A stretch of DNA of 64,000 nt from Candidatus Spongiisociaceae bacterium (GCA_965219685.1 CBDCOH010000002.1:1984001-2048000), one strand, 5' to 3'; shown: positions 19,845 to 30,177, counted from the stretch's first letter. Numbers and translations: made by a program. The notes: generated by a model not told the origin, from the letters alone.

Positions 19845-21101
19845 CTACTCGTTCCGGAGCGCGGCGATGGGATCGACGGTAGTGGCTCGGTAGGCCGGGT
19901 AACTCCCGCTGGCCAGGCCGACGCCCCCTGCCACCAGGAATGCCGCGGCGATGCTCCACGGCTGGATCAGCACCGTCAACTCCTGGCCACCGACCACCCG
20001 GCCGTCGACGGCCAGCGAGACTCCGGCCCCGATGGCGACGCCGACCAGGCCCCCGAACAGGCTCAAGGTCAGCGCCTCGGTCACGAACTGCTTCACGATG
20101 TCACGCGATGTGGCCCCCACCGCGCGCCGGATGCCTATCTCCCGAGCCCGCTCCGTGACCGAGACAAGCATGATGTTCATCACACCGATGCCTCCGACGA
20201 GTAGGGAGATACCGGCGATGCTGCCGAGCAGGATCGAGAGAGTATTGCTGACCTCGGTCGCCGCGCTGATCAGATCGTCCTGGCTCTGGATCACGAAGTC
20301 CGGCTCGGCCGTGCCGTGGCGGAAGAGCAGCAGTTCGCTGATCTCCTGCTTGACGCGGTCCTCGTCGACGCCATCCGCAGCCCGGACGTCGATCTGGGTG
20401 ACGCGCAGGTCCCCTGCAGGGGTGTACAGGAAACGCAGCCGGTTGGCGATGCTCCTCAGCGGGATGAAGGCCTGGTCGTTGGCCTCGCTGGCGCCGCCCT
20501 GCTCCTCGAGGACCCCTACCACCACGAAGGCGAGCGTGAGACGTCCGCCTGCGAAGGAGAGCCGCACCTGCTGGCCGACCGGATCCACGCCCGGGTACAG
20601 CGTCTCGGCGGTTCGCGCTCCCAGCGCCGCCACCATCGAACCTTCCTCGTCATGCAGCGGTGTGATGAAGGACCCTGAACGGATGTCGAGATCACGCACC
20701 TCTCCGTACTCACTGGACGTGGAGACCACCGTGGCCCCCACATTGTTCGCTCCCGCGACCAGCTGCGTGTCCACCGTGGCACGGGCCGCGACGGCCACGA
20801 CACCGGGAATGGCGTCGGCGGCGATCGCCGCGGCATCCCCGTCGACCAGCGTCGACTCGGCGGACCCGGCGGGGTTGCCGGTCTGGGAGGTTGTGGCTGC
20901 CGCACTCGACTCGATGAAGATCAGGCCCGTGCCGAGGCCGCGGATCCGATCGGTGACGCCCTGCTGCGTACCCTGGGCCACCGCCACCAGCGCGATCACC
21001 GAACTGACCCCGATGACCACCCCTAGCGAGGTCAGCGCACTCCGTAGCCGGTTGGCGAAGATGGCTCGCAGGGTGATGCGGAACGCGTCCAGCAGGCTCA
21101 C
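19845..21101 (-). CDS. MacB/FtsX-like ABC permease
   Basis: NRLRSALTSLGVVIGVSSVI, ISLLVGGIGVMNIMLVSVTERAREIGIR, PIAALR. Confidence 0.95.
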   Translation of the reverse strand: MSLLDAFRITLRAIFANRLRSALTSLGVVIGVSSVIALVAVAQGTQQGVTDRIRGLGTGLIFIESSAAATTSQTGNPAGSAESTLVDGDAAAIAADAIPGVVAVAARATVDTQLVAGANNVGATVVSTSSEYGEVRDLDIRSGSFITPLHDEEGSMVAALGARTAETLYPGVDPVGQQVRLSFAGGRLTLAFVVVGVLEEQGGASEANDQAFIPLRSIANRLRFLYTPAGDLRVTQIDVRAADGVDEDRVKQEISELLLFRHGTAEPDFVIQSQDDLISAATEVSNTLSILLGSIAGISLLVGGIGVMNIMLVSVTERAREIGIRRAVGATSRDIVKQFVTEALTLSLFGGLVGVAIGAGVSLAVDGRVVGGQELTVLIQPWSIAAAFLVAGGVGLASGSYPAYRATTVDPIAALRNE

Positions 21102-21814
21102 CCCGCCGACGCTCCTGCCGGTGGCGGGACCGATGGCTCCGCGCCCGCCCCGCTGTCACCGACTATCTCTCCGTCGCGCATGCGGATGGTGCGCCGGGCG
21201 TAGGCGGCGACGTCCGCCTCGTGCGTCACCAGTACCACTGTCAGCCCCTGATCCTCGACCAGTTCGGTAAGGAGTTCCATGAGTTCCCGACCCGTCGCCG
21301 AGTCGAGGGCGCCGGTCGGCTCGTCGCCCAGCAGCACCAGCGGGTTCACGACGAGGGATCGGGCGATCGCCACTCGCTGCTGCTCCCCCCCGGACAATTC
21401 GTTCGGAAGGTGCATGATGCGATCCGCCAGACCGACCCGTACCAGCGCCTCGGCAGCACGCCGCCTGCGGTCTGGAGCACGCTGGTAGATCAGCGGCAAC
21501 TCGACCTGCTCCAGGGCTGTCAGGCGGGGCAGCAGGTTGTAGGACTGGAAGACGAACCCGAAGGCGTTGCCCCGAAGCCGGGAACGGGCATCCTCGGAGA
21601 ACCGCTCAACATCGCGCCCGGCTAGGAGGTACTTGCCGGAGGTGGGACGGTCAAGCAGGCCGATGATGTTCATGAGCGTGCTCTTGCCGGAGCCCGACTG
21701 GCCCATGATCGCGACGAACTCCCCCCTGTCGATCTCGAGGCTCACACCGGCCAATGCCCGCACGTCCACACCGCCGGTCGCGTAGACGCGGGCCACGTTG
21801 TGCAGCCGGATCAC
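21098..21814 (-). CDS. MacB/LolD-like ABC ATP-binding protein
   Basis: [34 protein letters not shown]. Confidence 0.95.
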   Translation of the reverse strand: MIRLHNVARVYATGGVDVRALAGVSLEIDRGEFVAIMGQSGSGKSTLMNIIGLLDRPTSGKYLLAGRDVERFSEDARSRLRGNAFGFVFQSYNLLPRLTALEQVELPLIYQRAPDRRRRAAEALVRVGLADRIMHLPNELSGGEQQRVAIARSLVVNPLVLLGDEPTGALDSATGRELMELLTELVEDQGLTVVLVTHEADVAAYARRTIRMRDGEIVGDSGAGAEPSVPPPAGASAG

Positions 21815-23860
21815 GGTCCGCCTCCGCCCCGACCGCCACCGAAGCCTCCCGGAGGACCACCGGGGAAGAGATCGAACCCGGGCGACGGTTCCTGCTGCTG
21901 GCTGGCGCTGTAGGCGATTCCGGCGCTGTCAGCCCCGATCAGCAACACCGCGCCTGCCTCCAGACCGCTCGTGATCTCCACGTTCACGCCGTCGGACTCG
22001 CCCAGCCCGACCGTGACGCGCTCGAATCCGACTCCGGCGCCATCGGCGGGCCCCGCCGGAACGGTGACGAACCAGTCGCCGTCGATCTGCCGTACGGCGG
22101 AGACGGGAACCAGCACGGACTGCTCCCGCACGTCGGTGAGGATGGTGACGGTGGCGCTCATCCCGGGCGCCGGCAACAGGCGGGCGGCAACGGGTTCCGC
22201 TGCCCCGGCCTGGTTCGGCCGCCCGGGAGCCCCCGGCCCGCCGGCCGCAATCCGCTCCCGCAGTTGCGGCGGGATCTCGAAGTCCTCTGGCAGGCTGACC
22301 CCCTCGGGCAGCGGCTCGCCGCTGATGACCGCCTGTGTCACGTCCTGGATGGTCACGCCTTCCGGCAACTCGATTCCGGCCAGCGCGCCGCCCGCACGGC
22401 CTCCGCCGAAGCTCGGTGCTCCTTCCCCGCCGGCACCTCCGATGCCGTCCACCGCCTCCAAGACTCCGGCGACTCCGGGAGCATCTCCCTGCCCGGCGAG
22501 TACGGCGAGTTGTCCGGCCACTTCAGCGATTTCCGCACCGGTCAGGATCCTTGCCTCCACCCCGTATGTCACCACACCCTGGGCGGTGTCCGGCATGCGG
22601 CTGATCGAGACTATCCGCACCGGGTACTCGACCCCCTCGACCCCGTCGAACGAGGCGACACCCGCCTGCCCGATCTCCAATGAGAACAGGTCGGCCTCGG
22701 TCACGGTCAGGTCGATCAGCATCCGGTCGGGCGTGCTGAGCGAGAAGGCGACAACGTTCTGGGTCACGCGGTCGCCCGGGTGGACGTTGACACCCTCGAC
22801 GGTCCCGTCGAAGGGGGCCACCACGGTCAGATCGGCAAGGGCGGCGCGGGCCTCCTCAAGCGTGATCTCGGCAAGCCGAACGCTCTCCTCCTGTTGAGCG
22901 ATGGCGTTGGCAGTCGCTCCCGCCAGCAGTTCGTCGTGGCGCGCCCGGGCGGTGGCCAGGCTGGCCAGCGCCGCGTCCAGGGAGGATTGAGCCTGCTCGT
23001 GATCGCTCTCGTCGGCCGGCTCCTGAAGCTCCTCGAGGCGGGCAACGGCGGCAGAGTGGTTGGCACGGGCAGCCTCCACCGCCTGCTCGGCCTGGTAGAA
23101 GTCCTGGGCCGTCGGGTCGTCCCGGAGTTCGCCGCGACGGGCAACGGCGGCAGAGTGGTTGGCACGGGCAGCCTCCACCGCCTGCTCGGCCTGGTAGTAG
23201 TCCTGGGCTGTGGGCTCCTCCTGGAGAGCCTCTAGCCGGGCAACAGCGGCAGTGTGGCTCGCTCGGGCGGCTTCCAGCGCCAACTCCGCCTGCCGGACAT
23301 CCTCGCCGGAGGGCGGTAGGAGCAGATCGGCAAGTCGATCCTCCGCGGTGGAGAGGTCTGTTACAGATGTCTGCCTGGCTGCTTCGGCCAGGATGTACGC
23401 CAGGTTGTTGTCGATGAGGGCGTTGGCGCGGCGCTGGTAGCCGGCGGAGCGCCCCTCAAGGGTCTCGTGAAGGGCCTCCACCTCCTCGTCCGAGAGGGGT
23501 TCCAGGATCTCCTCACTCTCCAGGGGCAAGGTACCGGCGCAGGTCACCTCGGCTATGTTGAAGGCGCCGTACTCGTCGCAGTACTCGTCCCAGGCCTCGC
23601 CCAGGGCGACCCAGGAGTCGTTCGCCTCGCTGACGGCACTCAAGAGCTGGGCCTCCGCCCGGGCCACCGCAGATCGAGCGGCGGCGATCTCCGTTTCGGT
23701 CGCATCGGTGAGCAATGCCGCCAGCGCCTCCTCGGCGCTCGACAACTGAGCAAGCGCACTAGCCACCGCCTGCTCAGCCGACGCCACCTCACTAGCACTA
23801 GGCGGCTCCGACAACCCAGAGAGAGCCTCCTCGGCGCTCGACAACTGAGCAAGCGCACTA

Positions 23861-24699
23861 GGGCGTGTTCACTCTAAGTTACACCCATGTGATACCATTA
23901 ACATATGGAAATAACACAAGAACAATACCAACTCATAGCAGACGCGTTCCCGAAACAGCGGGGCAACGTCAAGGTATCCAACCTCGATGCTCTCAACGCC
24001 ATGCTCCACATACTGGAACAAGGCTGCAAATGGCGGGGCCTTCCCAAAGAGTTCGGGAACTGGCACACCATCTACATGCGGTTCAGGCGCTGGGCGGCCA
24101 GCGGTGTGCTGGTGCGGGTGTTCCAACGCCTACAGCAAGAACAACTCATCGACCTCGAAGTTCTGGGATTGGACAGCACAACAGTCAAGGTCCATCCCGA
24201 CGCAGCCGGTGCTCTCAAAAAACATGGTCCCCAGGCCATCGGACGGTCCCGAGGGGGATTGACGACCAAGATTCATATGGTCGCCGCCGACGCTCGTACA
24301 GCGATCATCTACGCTATTTCCCCAGGCCAGGACCATGATGGCCCCCACGGACGGGAACTCCTCGAAAAGCTCGGATCCCGAAAGAAGAAAGACACCGAAG
24401 CAGAAGGCGAACAACTGCAACTGTTCCTGGTAGCCGACCGCGCCTACGAAGGAGACAACACACGACAACTGGCGCTCGCTCTGGGATACACACCGGTCAT
24501 CCCACCCAAAACCAACCGCCGCCACCCATGGGACTACGACCGCCAGATATACAAGCGGCGAAACGAAGTGGAACGGCTCTTCCGCCGGATCAAAGCCTAC
24601 CGGCGTGTCTTTGTCCGCTACGACAAACTCGACATCATCTTCCTAGCATTCATCACCCTCGCCCTCATCCACGACACCCTCAAAAGCGTGAACACGCCC
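23861..24699 (+). mobile_element. IS5-family insertion sequence, 839 bp
   Basis: 12-bp terminal inverted repeats GGGCGTGTTCAC / GTGAACACGCCC; flanking CTA duplicated; lower GC than flanks. Confidence 0.93.
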
Positions 24700-24789
24700 C
24701 TAGCCACCGCCTGCTCAGCCGACGCCACCTCACTAGCACTACGCGGCTCCGACAACCCAGACAGGGCCTCCTCGGCGCTCGACAACTGA
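23905..24789 (+). CDS. IS5-family transposase (frame runs past the IS end)
   Basis: GCKWRGLP..FG.W.T.Y.RF.RW, LDSTTVKVH, GRSRGGLTTKIH, ADRAY, YKRRNEVERLF, RYDKL. Confidence 0.95.
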   Translation: MEITQEQYQLIADAFPKQRGNVKVSNLDALNAMLHILEQGCKWRGLPKEFGNWHTIYMRFRRWAASGVLVRVFQRLQQEQLIDLEVLGLDSTTVKVHPDAAGALKKHGPQAIGRSRGGLTTKIHMVAADARTAIIYAISPGQDHDGPHGRELLEKLGSRKKKDTEAEGEQLQLFLVADRAYEGDNTRQLALALGYTPVIPPKTNRRHPWDYDRQIYKRRNEVERLFRRIKAYRRVFVRYDKLDIIFLAFITLALIHDTLKSVNTPLATACSADATSLALRGSDNPDRASSALDN

Positions 24790-25999
24790 GCAAGCGCACT
24801 AGCCACCGCCTGCTCAGCCGACGCCACCTCACTAGCACTAGGCGGCTCCGACAACCCAGACAGGGCCATCTCCGCGCTCGTCACCTGCGATTCCGCAGCC
24901 TCGATCGACTGCCTCGCAGCGGCGATCTCGGATCCGGCGGGGGTGGCCAGCAAGGCCGCGAGGCGGAGTTCGGCCAGACGCAACTGCACCTCGGCCGTCT
25001 CGATGCGCCGCTGCGCGTCCGAGTCGTCCAGGGTCGCCAGTACCTCGCCGGTCTGCACGGCAGATCCGCTCTCGACTACGACCGATGCGACGGTGCCGGA
25101 GGCTTCGAAGGCAAGGTCGGTGCTGCGTTCGGCCACCGCCGATCCGGACAGATCGACCGTGGTGCTCAACTGCCCCGCCGTGGACTCGACGCGCTCCGGT
25201 TCGACCGTCACGTCGGTCTCCTCCGGTTGGAGGTACAGGAAGGCGCCTAGCCCTGCTCCGGCCACCAGAACTACCGCCGCCAGGAACAGCCAACCTCGCC
25301 TGGATCGGCGACGCCCGCCGATCAGGGCATCGATGTCCACATCACTCATGTCCGCCCCTTACAGGCTGATCGGCTTCCCCGTACGGCGCACACGGGGAAT
25401 GAGCAGCGTACGGGACCTTCCGGGAGGTCCCCCATGGTGCAAGCGAGGCGTCTTTCGCAGCCGCTGGTCGTACCCCGGCCCACTGCCGCCGTCGTTCCGT
25501 TGCCATGTCGCACTCTCCTTCCACAGTTCTCCCAACGCATGCCGAACCTATCCATCGAGCGCGCCCGGGACTCCCCGTACCCGGACACATCCGGGACGGA
25601 TGCTCGGCTCGACCACCGTCCGACCAGGTCTTCCTGGTTCCTTCAACCCGTAGTCCGGCTCGGACGACCGCCAGCGAACAGCCAACCCAGACTGCCGGAG
25701 GCGGCAATCGCCGACCGAGCGTCGCTCCTCCTCAAATTGGTCAAGACCATCGTGCCAAGCGAACCTGTGAATATCGTGAGAAGGATGTGAGAAACGGCTG
25801 AGGACTGCACGGCCCGACGGACAGCGTCCTTGTCACAGGGAGCAGGGTTACGGAGCGATCGAACCGTCTCTGACGAGTTCAGAGCGGGAAACACCCACGC
25901 GAGTGGCTATCGTCGAGGGATCATCATCGAGTTCGGCGTCCGGATAGAGCTATGTACGCCGCCTGGGTGTAGCTTGCGGCACGCCTGGATCGACGCCGA

Positions 26000-26839
26000 T
26001 CAGACCTCGGGGAAGTTGTACTTGAACACGCCACCGGTGCGGACCATCTCGGCGGCGATTCCGTCGGCATGCTGGATGAAGCGGTTCAGCATCGCGTTGA
26101 TCTGATCCGGCACATCCTGAAGGGCCTTGTGACCCGCCCCGACCGGTTTCCCGATCACCACCTGCGGGCACAACTCCCGGAGCAGGTCCAGATCGAGATG
26201 GGGCTGGCCACAGTCGATGTACAGGTAGGGACATCTCACCGCGGAGAGGATGGGGCCCGCGTCGAAGGCCATCATCCCCTTCCAGCCGTTGAGGATCACA
26301 TGGTCCGGGACCTGGGCCAGCCGCTCGGCGATCGTGCCTACCCGTGATGGGTCATCGGTGGGCAGGTACGAAGCCATCAGGAATCTCCGCAGGGTCTCGC
26401 GATAGTCCTGATCGGCGGTCATCAGGTGGTCGAACGGCCCGTGATGCCGCTGGTGCCACCCGGGGATGTTGCTGGGCGAGTCCAGACTCGCAATGGCGCC
26501 CACCAGCCCGGGGTGGCGGGCAGCTGCCGAGATGATCACCTGGCCGCCCATACTCTGTCCCACCAGCACCGGCTTCTCGAGCCCCAGGTGGCGGATCAAT
26601 GCGGCGACGTCGTCGCCGTGGCCCTCCATCGTGTAGACCTCGTCGGGCTTGTCGCTCTCGCCATGGCCCCGCAGGTCCACAGCCACACACCGGTGGTCGG
26701 GCGAGAAGTACTCCTCCTGGAAACCAAAGCCGGTCCGGTTCCCGAAGCCGCCGTGAATAAGGACGATGGCCGGATCTCCGGCTCCTAACTGGTGATAGGC
26801 AATGCGGACGCCGTCAGAGGTTTTGAAATACTCGGTCAT
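26000..26839 (-). CDS. Alpha/beta fold hydrolase, paralogue 3
   Basis: LIHGG, DLRGHGES, GQSMGG nucleophile elbow, GAGH. Confidence 0.92.
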   Translation of the reverse strand: MTEYFKTSDGVRIAYHQLGAGDPAIVLIHGGFGNRTGFGFQEEYFSPDHRCVAVDLRGHGESDKPDEVYTMEGHGDDVAALIRHLGLEKPVLVGQSMGGQVIISAAARHPGLVGAIASLDSPSNIPGWHQRHHGPFDHLMTADQDYRETLRRFLMASYLPTDDPSRVGTIAERLAQVPDHVILNGWKGMMAFDAGPILSAVRCPYLYIDCGQPHLDLDLLRELCPQVVIGKPVGAGHKALQDVPDQINAMLNRFIQHADGIAAEMVRTGGVFKYNFPEV

Positions 26840-26846
26840 GGGACCG

Positions 26847-26856
26847 GAGGATAGCG
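26847..26856 (-). promoter_or_regulatory. Probable -10 box (TATCCT) of a leaderless or near-leaderless promoter
   Basis: CGCTATCCTCCGGTCCC-ATG on the minus strand: TANNNT 8 nt before ATG, no SD; the same layout recurs at the next paralogue. Confidence 0.55.
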
Positions 26857-26920
26857 GTGAGTGGTGAGGCGACTGGCAACTGGCTACCAGACCTACTCAC
26901 TGCTACCCTGTAATACTCCT

Positions 26921-27069
26921 ACTATTCACTATTCACTATTCACTATTCACTATTCACTATTCACTATTCACTATTCACTATTCACTATTCACTATTCACT
27001 ATTCACTATTCACTATTCACTATTCACTATTCACTATTCACTATTCACTATTCACTATTCACTATTCAC
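26921..27069. repeat. Perfect 7-bp tandem repeat (ACTATTC) x ~21
   Basis: Directly visible, 149 bp, intergenic. Confidence 0.98.
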
Positions 27070-27072
27070 CAA

Positions 27073-27906
27073 TCAAGGAAAGTTGTACCGGAAGACACCG
27101 CCGGTGCGGATCATCTCGGCGGCGATCCCGTCGGCATGCTGGATGAAACGGTTCAGCATCGCGTTGATCTGATCAGGGACATCCTGGAGAGCCTTGTGAC
27201 CGGCGCCGACCGTTTTGCCGATCACCACCTGCGGGCACAACTCTCTCAGCAAGTCGAGATCAACATCGGGCTGGCCGCAATCGATGTAGAGATAGGGGCA
27301 TTGGACCGCGCGGAGAGTGTCCGTGGGGTCGTAGTCCTTCTTCCCCAGCCAGCTGTTGAGGATTACATGGTCGGGAACATGGGACAGCCGTTCCGCCATT
27401 CCTCCGAGCCTGGAAGGGTCGTCGGTCGGAAGGTAGGCGGCGCTGAGAAAGGCGATAAGCGTCTCGCGAAATGGACCATCCTTCGTCATCAGGTGGTCAT
27501 AAGGACCATGGAAACGCTGGTGCCATCCGGGAATGTTGCTGGGCGAGTCCAGGCTGGCGATGGCGCCTACCAGGTCCGGGTAATGGGCGGCGGCCGCGAT
27601 GATCACCTGCCCGCCCATGCTCTGGCCGACGAGTACCGGCTTCTCGAGACCCAGATGACGGATCAACTCGGCGACATCGTGTCCGTGCTGGTCCATCGTG
27701 TAGAGCTCATCGGGCTTGTCGCTCTCCCCGTGGCCCCGCAGGTCAACCCCTATGCACCGGTGGTCGGGAGAGAAGTACTCCTCCTGGAAACCGAAGCCTT
27801 CCCTGTTGCTGTAGGCGCCGTGGATGAAGATGATGGCCGGATCGCCGGCGCCCACCTCGTGGTATGCCATGCGAACCCCGCCTGAGGTCGTGAAGAACTG
27901 AGTCAT
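27073..27906 (-). CDS. Alpha/beta fold hydrolase, paralogue 2
   Basis: FIHGA, DLRGHGES, GQSMGG, GAGH; C-terminus near-identical to its neighbours. Confidence 0.92.
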   Translation of the reverse strand: MTQFFTTSGGVRMAYHEVGAGDPAIIFIHGAYSNREGFGFQEEYFSPDHRCIGVDLRGHGESDKPDELYTMDQHGHDVAELIRHLGLEKPVLVGQSMGGQVIIAAAAHYPDLVGAIASLDSPSNIPGWHQRFHGPYDHLMTKDGPFRETLIAFLSAAYLPTDDPSRLGGMAERLSHVPDHVILNSWLGKKDYDPTDTLRAVQCPYLYIDCGQPDVDLDLLRELCPQVVIGKTVGAGHKALQDVPDQINAMLNRFIQHADGIAAEMIRTGGVFRYNFP

Positions 27907-27912
27907 GCGACG

Positions 27913-27922
27913 GAGGATAGTG
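27913..27922 (-). promoter_or_regulatory. Probable -10 box (TATCCT) of a leaderless promoter
   Basis: CACTATCCTCCGTCGC-ATG: TANNNT 7 nt before ATG, no SD. Confidence 0.58.
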
Positions 27923-28023
27923 GTGAGTGGTGAGTGGTGAGTGGTGAGTGGTGAGTGGTGAGTGGTGAGTGGTGACTGGTGACTGGTGACTGGTGACTGG
28001 TGACTGGTGACTGGTGACTGGTG
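27919..28023. repeat. 7-bp tandem repeat (AGTGGTG) x8 followed by (ACTGGTG) x7
   Basis: Directly visible, 105 bp. Confidence 0.97.
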
Positions 28024-28063
28024 TACTATACCTACTTAATCACTGTTAACCTATATAGTTTCT

Positions 28064-28108
28064 CACTATTCACTATTCACTATTCACTATTCACTATTCA
28101 CTATTCAC
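28064..28108. repeat. 7-bp tandem repeat (CACTATT) x6
   Basis: Directly visible; same unit as 26921-27069. Confidence 0.97.
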
Positions 28109-28112
28109 CAAC

Positions 28113-28946
28113 TCAGGGAAAGTTGTACTGAAAGACTCCGCCGGTGCGGATCATCTCGGCGGCGATTCCGTCGGCGTGCTGGATGAAGCGGTTCAGCATC
28201 GCGTTGATCTGATCAGGCACGTCCTGGAGAGCCTTGTGACCCGCCCCGACCGTCTTGCCGATCACCACCTGCGGGCACAACTCTCGAAGCAGGTCCAGGT
28301 CGAGATCGGGCTGGCCGCAATCGATGTAGAGGTAGGGACACGTCATCTGGCGCAGGGTCTCGGTCGGGTCGTAGGCGCTCATTGCCTGCCAGGCCCTGAC
28401 GATCACATGGTCGGGTATTCCGGCCAGCCGTTCCTCCAGCCCCGCAACATGGGATGGGTCGTCGGTGGGTAGGTAGGCGCCCCGGAGGAACCTGTGGACC
28501 GCCTCCCGGTATGGGCCTTCGAAGGTCATCAGACGGTCGAAGGGTGCATGGAAGCGCCGCTGCCAGCCGGGGATGTTGCTGGGCGAGTCCAGGCTCGCTA
28601 CCGCGGCGACCAACTCGGGATGTCGGGCAGCAACCGATATGACCACCTGCCCGCCCATGCTATGCCCCACGAGTATGGAACGCCCCAGGCCTAGTTGGCG
28701 GATCACCACCGCCACGTCGTCGGCATACCCGGCCATCGAATAGACCTCGTCGGGCTTGTCGCTGTCGCCATTACCGCGCAGATCCACGGCTACGCACCGC
28801 TGGTTGGGCGAGAAGTACTCCTCCTGGAAGCGGAAACCCATCCGGTTGCCGTATATACCGTGTATAAACACGATCGGCGGGTCGCCGGTGCCCACGTCGT
28901 GATAAGCAATCCGCACTCCGTCCGGAGTGGTCACCCGCAACGTCAT
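28113..28946 (-). CDS. Alpha/beta fold hydrolase, paralogue 1
   Basis: FIHGI, DLRGNGDS, GHSMGG, GAGH; ATG placed by alignment to paralogues, 5 nt after the upstream stop. Confidence 0.9.
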   Translation of the reverse strand: MTLRVTTPDGVRIAYHDVGTGDPPIVFIHGIYGNRMGFRFQEEYFSPNQRCVAVDLRGNGDSDKPDEVYSMAGYADDVAVVIRQLGLGRSILVGHSMGGQVVISVAARHPELVAAVASLDSPSNIPGWQRRFHAPFDRLMTFEGPYREAVHRFLRGAYLPTDDPSHVAGLEERLAGIPDHVIVRAWQAMSAYDPTETLRQMTCPYLYIDCGQPDLDLDLLRELCPQVVIGKTVGAGHKALQDVPDQINAMLNRFIQHADGIAAEMIRTGGVFQYNFP

Positions 28947-28951
28947 AACTG

Positions 28952-30103
28952 TCAGGACCCGCCGAAGAATTCCAGGAGGGTCGAAGCGGCTCGCTCCACC
29001 TGGGATTCGGTGATCTGCGGGAAGCACGGTAGGCCGATCATCCGTGATGCGGTCTCCTCCGCCACCGGCAGCGAACCGGGACCGAGCCCCATCCAGCGGA
29101 AGGCGGGATGCAGGTGGAGAGGCGGGTTGTAGTACAGGCGGCTGGCTACTCCCTGGGAGGCCAGGTACTCCCGGGCCTGGTCGCGAGTGTCGGCGGGCAC
29201 CATCGCGTTGTAGGCGAAGTACACGTGGCGCGCCCACGGCGCCTCGTGTACGGGCGTCACCGGCGTTCCCGAGAATATCTCACCGTACAGGGCGGCAGCC
29301 CGCCGGCGCCCGGCGATCCGGTCCTCCAGGGTGGGGAGCTTCGCGCTGAGCACCGCGGCCTGCAAGGTGTCGAGCCGCTGGTTGAAACCTTCCTCGATGA
29401 CCCTCCAGCCCGTGCCTCCGGTCAGGTCCTTGCCGGACAGTCTCATTCCGGGGGCGTGGCCGTAGTTGCGGAGCACCCGGATCCGGTGGGCCAGGTCGGG
29501 ATCGTTGGTGACCACCATCCCCCCGTCCCCGTATCCGCCCAGGACCTTCCCCGGCGCCACGCTGAAGCATCCCAGGGGTCCGAAGCTTCCGGTTCTGCGG
29601 CCCTTGTACTCGCCTCCCACCGCGAGTGCCGAGTCCTCCAGCACGGTGATGCCGTGCCGATTGGCGATCTCGCAGATGGGATCCATGTCGGCGGGGTGGC
29701 CGAACAGGTGGACAGGGAGGATCACCTTGGTGCGCGGGGAGATCCTGTCCTCCAGCTCTTCGGGGTCCATCGTGAACGTATCCCCGGTGGTATCGGCAAG
29801 CACCACTTTCGCCCCGGCGTGGGTCACGGCCGAGGCGGTGGGGTTGTCGGTGTTGGGGACGGTGATCACCTCGTCATCCGGACCCAGGTTCAGCACCGCG
29901 AGGGCCAGGTGGAGGGCGGCGGTACCGGACCCAACTCCGAGGGCGAACCTGGCTCCGACATAGCCGGCGAACGCCTGCTCGAAGGCCTCCAACTCGTCAC
30001 CAAGGACGTAGTTGCCACTGGCCAGCACACGTGACACTGCCCCGTCGATCTCGGTCTTCAGCGACCGGTACTCCATGGCCAGATCGCTCATCGGTACTAC
30101 CAA
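28952..30103 (-). CDS. DegT/DnrJ/EryC1/StrS family PLP aminotransferase
   Basis: SGTAALHLAL, PVHLFGHPADM, EDSA, SVAPGKVLGGYGDGG, NQRLDTLQAA. Confidence 0.94.
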   Translation of the reverse strand: MVVPMSDLAMEYRSLKTEIDGAVSRVLASGNYVLGDELEAFEQAFAGYVGARFALGVGSGTAALHLALAVLNLGPDDEVITVPNTDNPTASAVTHAGAKVVLADTTGDTFTMDPEELEDRISPRTKVILPVHLFGHPADMDPICEIANRHGITVLEDSALAVGGEYKGRRTGSFGPLGCFSVAPGKVLGGYGDGGMVVTNDPDLAHRIRVLRNYGHAPGMRLSGKDLTGGTGWRVIEEGFNQRLDTLQAAVLSAKLPTLEDRIAGRRRAAALYGEIFSGTPVTPVHEAPWARHVYFAYNAMVPADTRDQAREYLASQGVASRLYYNPPLHLHPAFRWMGLGPGSLPVAEETASRMIGLPCFPQITESQVERAASTLLEFFGGS

Positions 30104-30177
30104 GGCACGCTCCTCCGCTCGTTGCTCAGCGGGAATCCTACTCCCGGGAGCCGGGTCCCATTCCGACCCTTAGGGCG

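Larger units (their letters stand above)
23730..24865. repeat. 99-bp (33-aa) tandem coding repeats, about 3 near-identical units, split by the IS
   Basis: CTCGGCGCTCGACAACTGAGCAAGCGCACTAG recurs at about 23731, 23830 and 24771; encodes LSEPPSASEVASAEQAVASALAQLSSAEEALSG on the minus strand. Confidence 0.9.
21811..25349 (-). pseudogene. MacA/HlyD-like membrane fusion protein (898 aa when rejoined) interrupted by IS5
   Basis: 5' part 24700-25349 has a TM anchor and DLAFEASGTVASVVVESG lipoyl half; 3' part 21811-23860 has VAPFDGTV, LVPVSAV, VEITSGL. Removing the IS and one CTA restores a 2697-bp frame. Confidence 0.88.

Noticed and set aside
25350-25999. 650-bp intergenic region as ncRNA, riboswitch or small gene
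   Set aside because: No recognisable riboswitch, tRNA or coding signature by eye; an Rfam search would be needed.
26861-27172. ORF with TIHYSLF repeats
   Set aside because: It is just the translation of the 7-bp repeat, and it overlaps a real gene on the opposite strand.
26921-28108. Possible CRISPR array
   Set aside because: Contiguous 7-bp units with no unique spacers and no cas genes.
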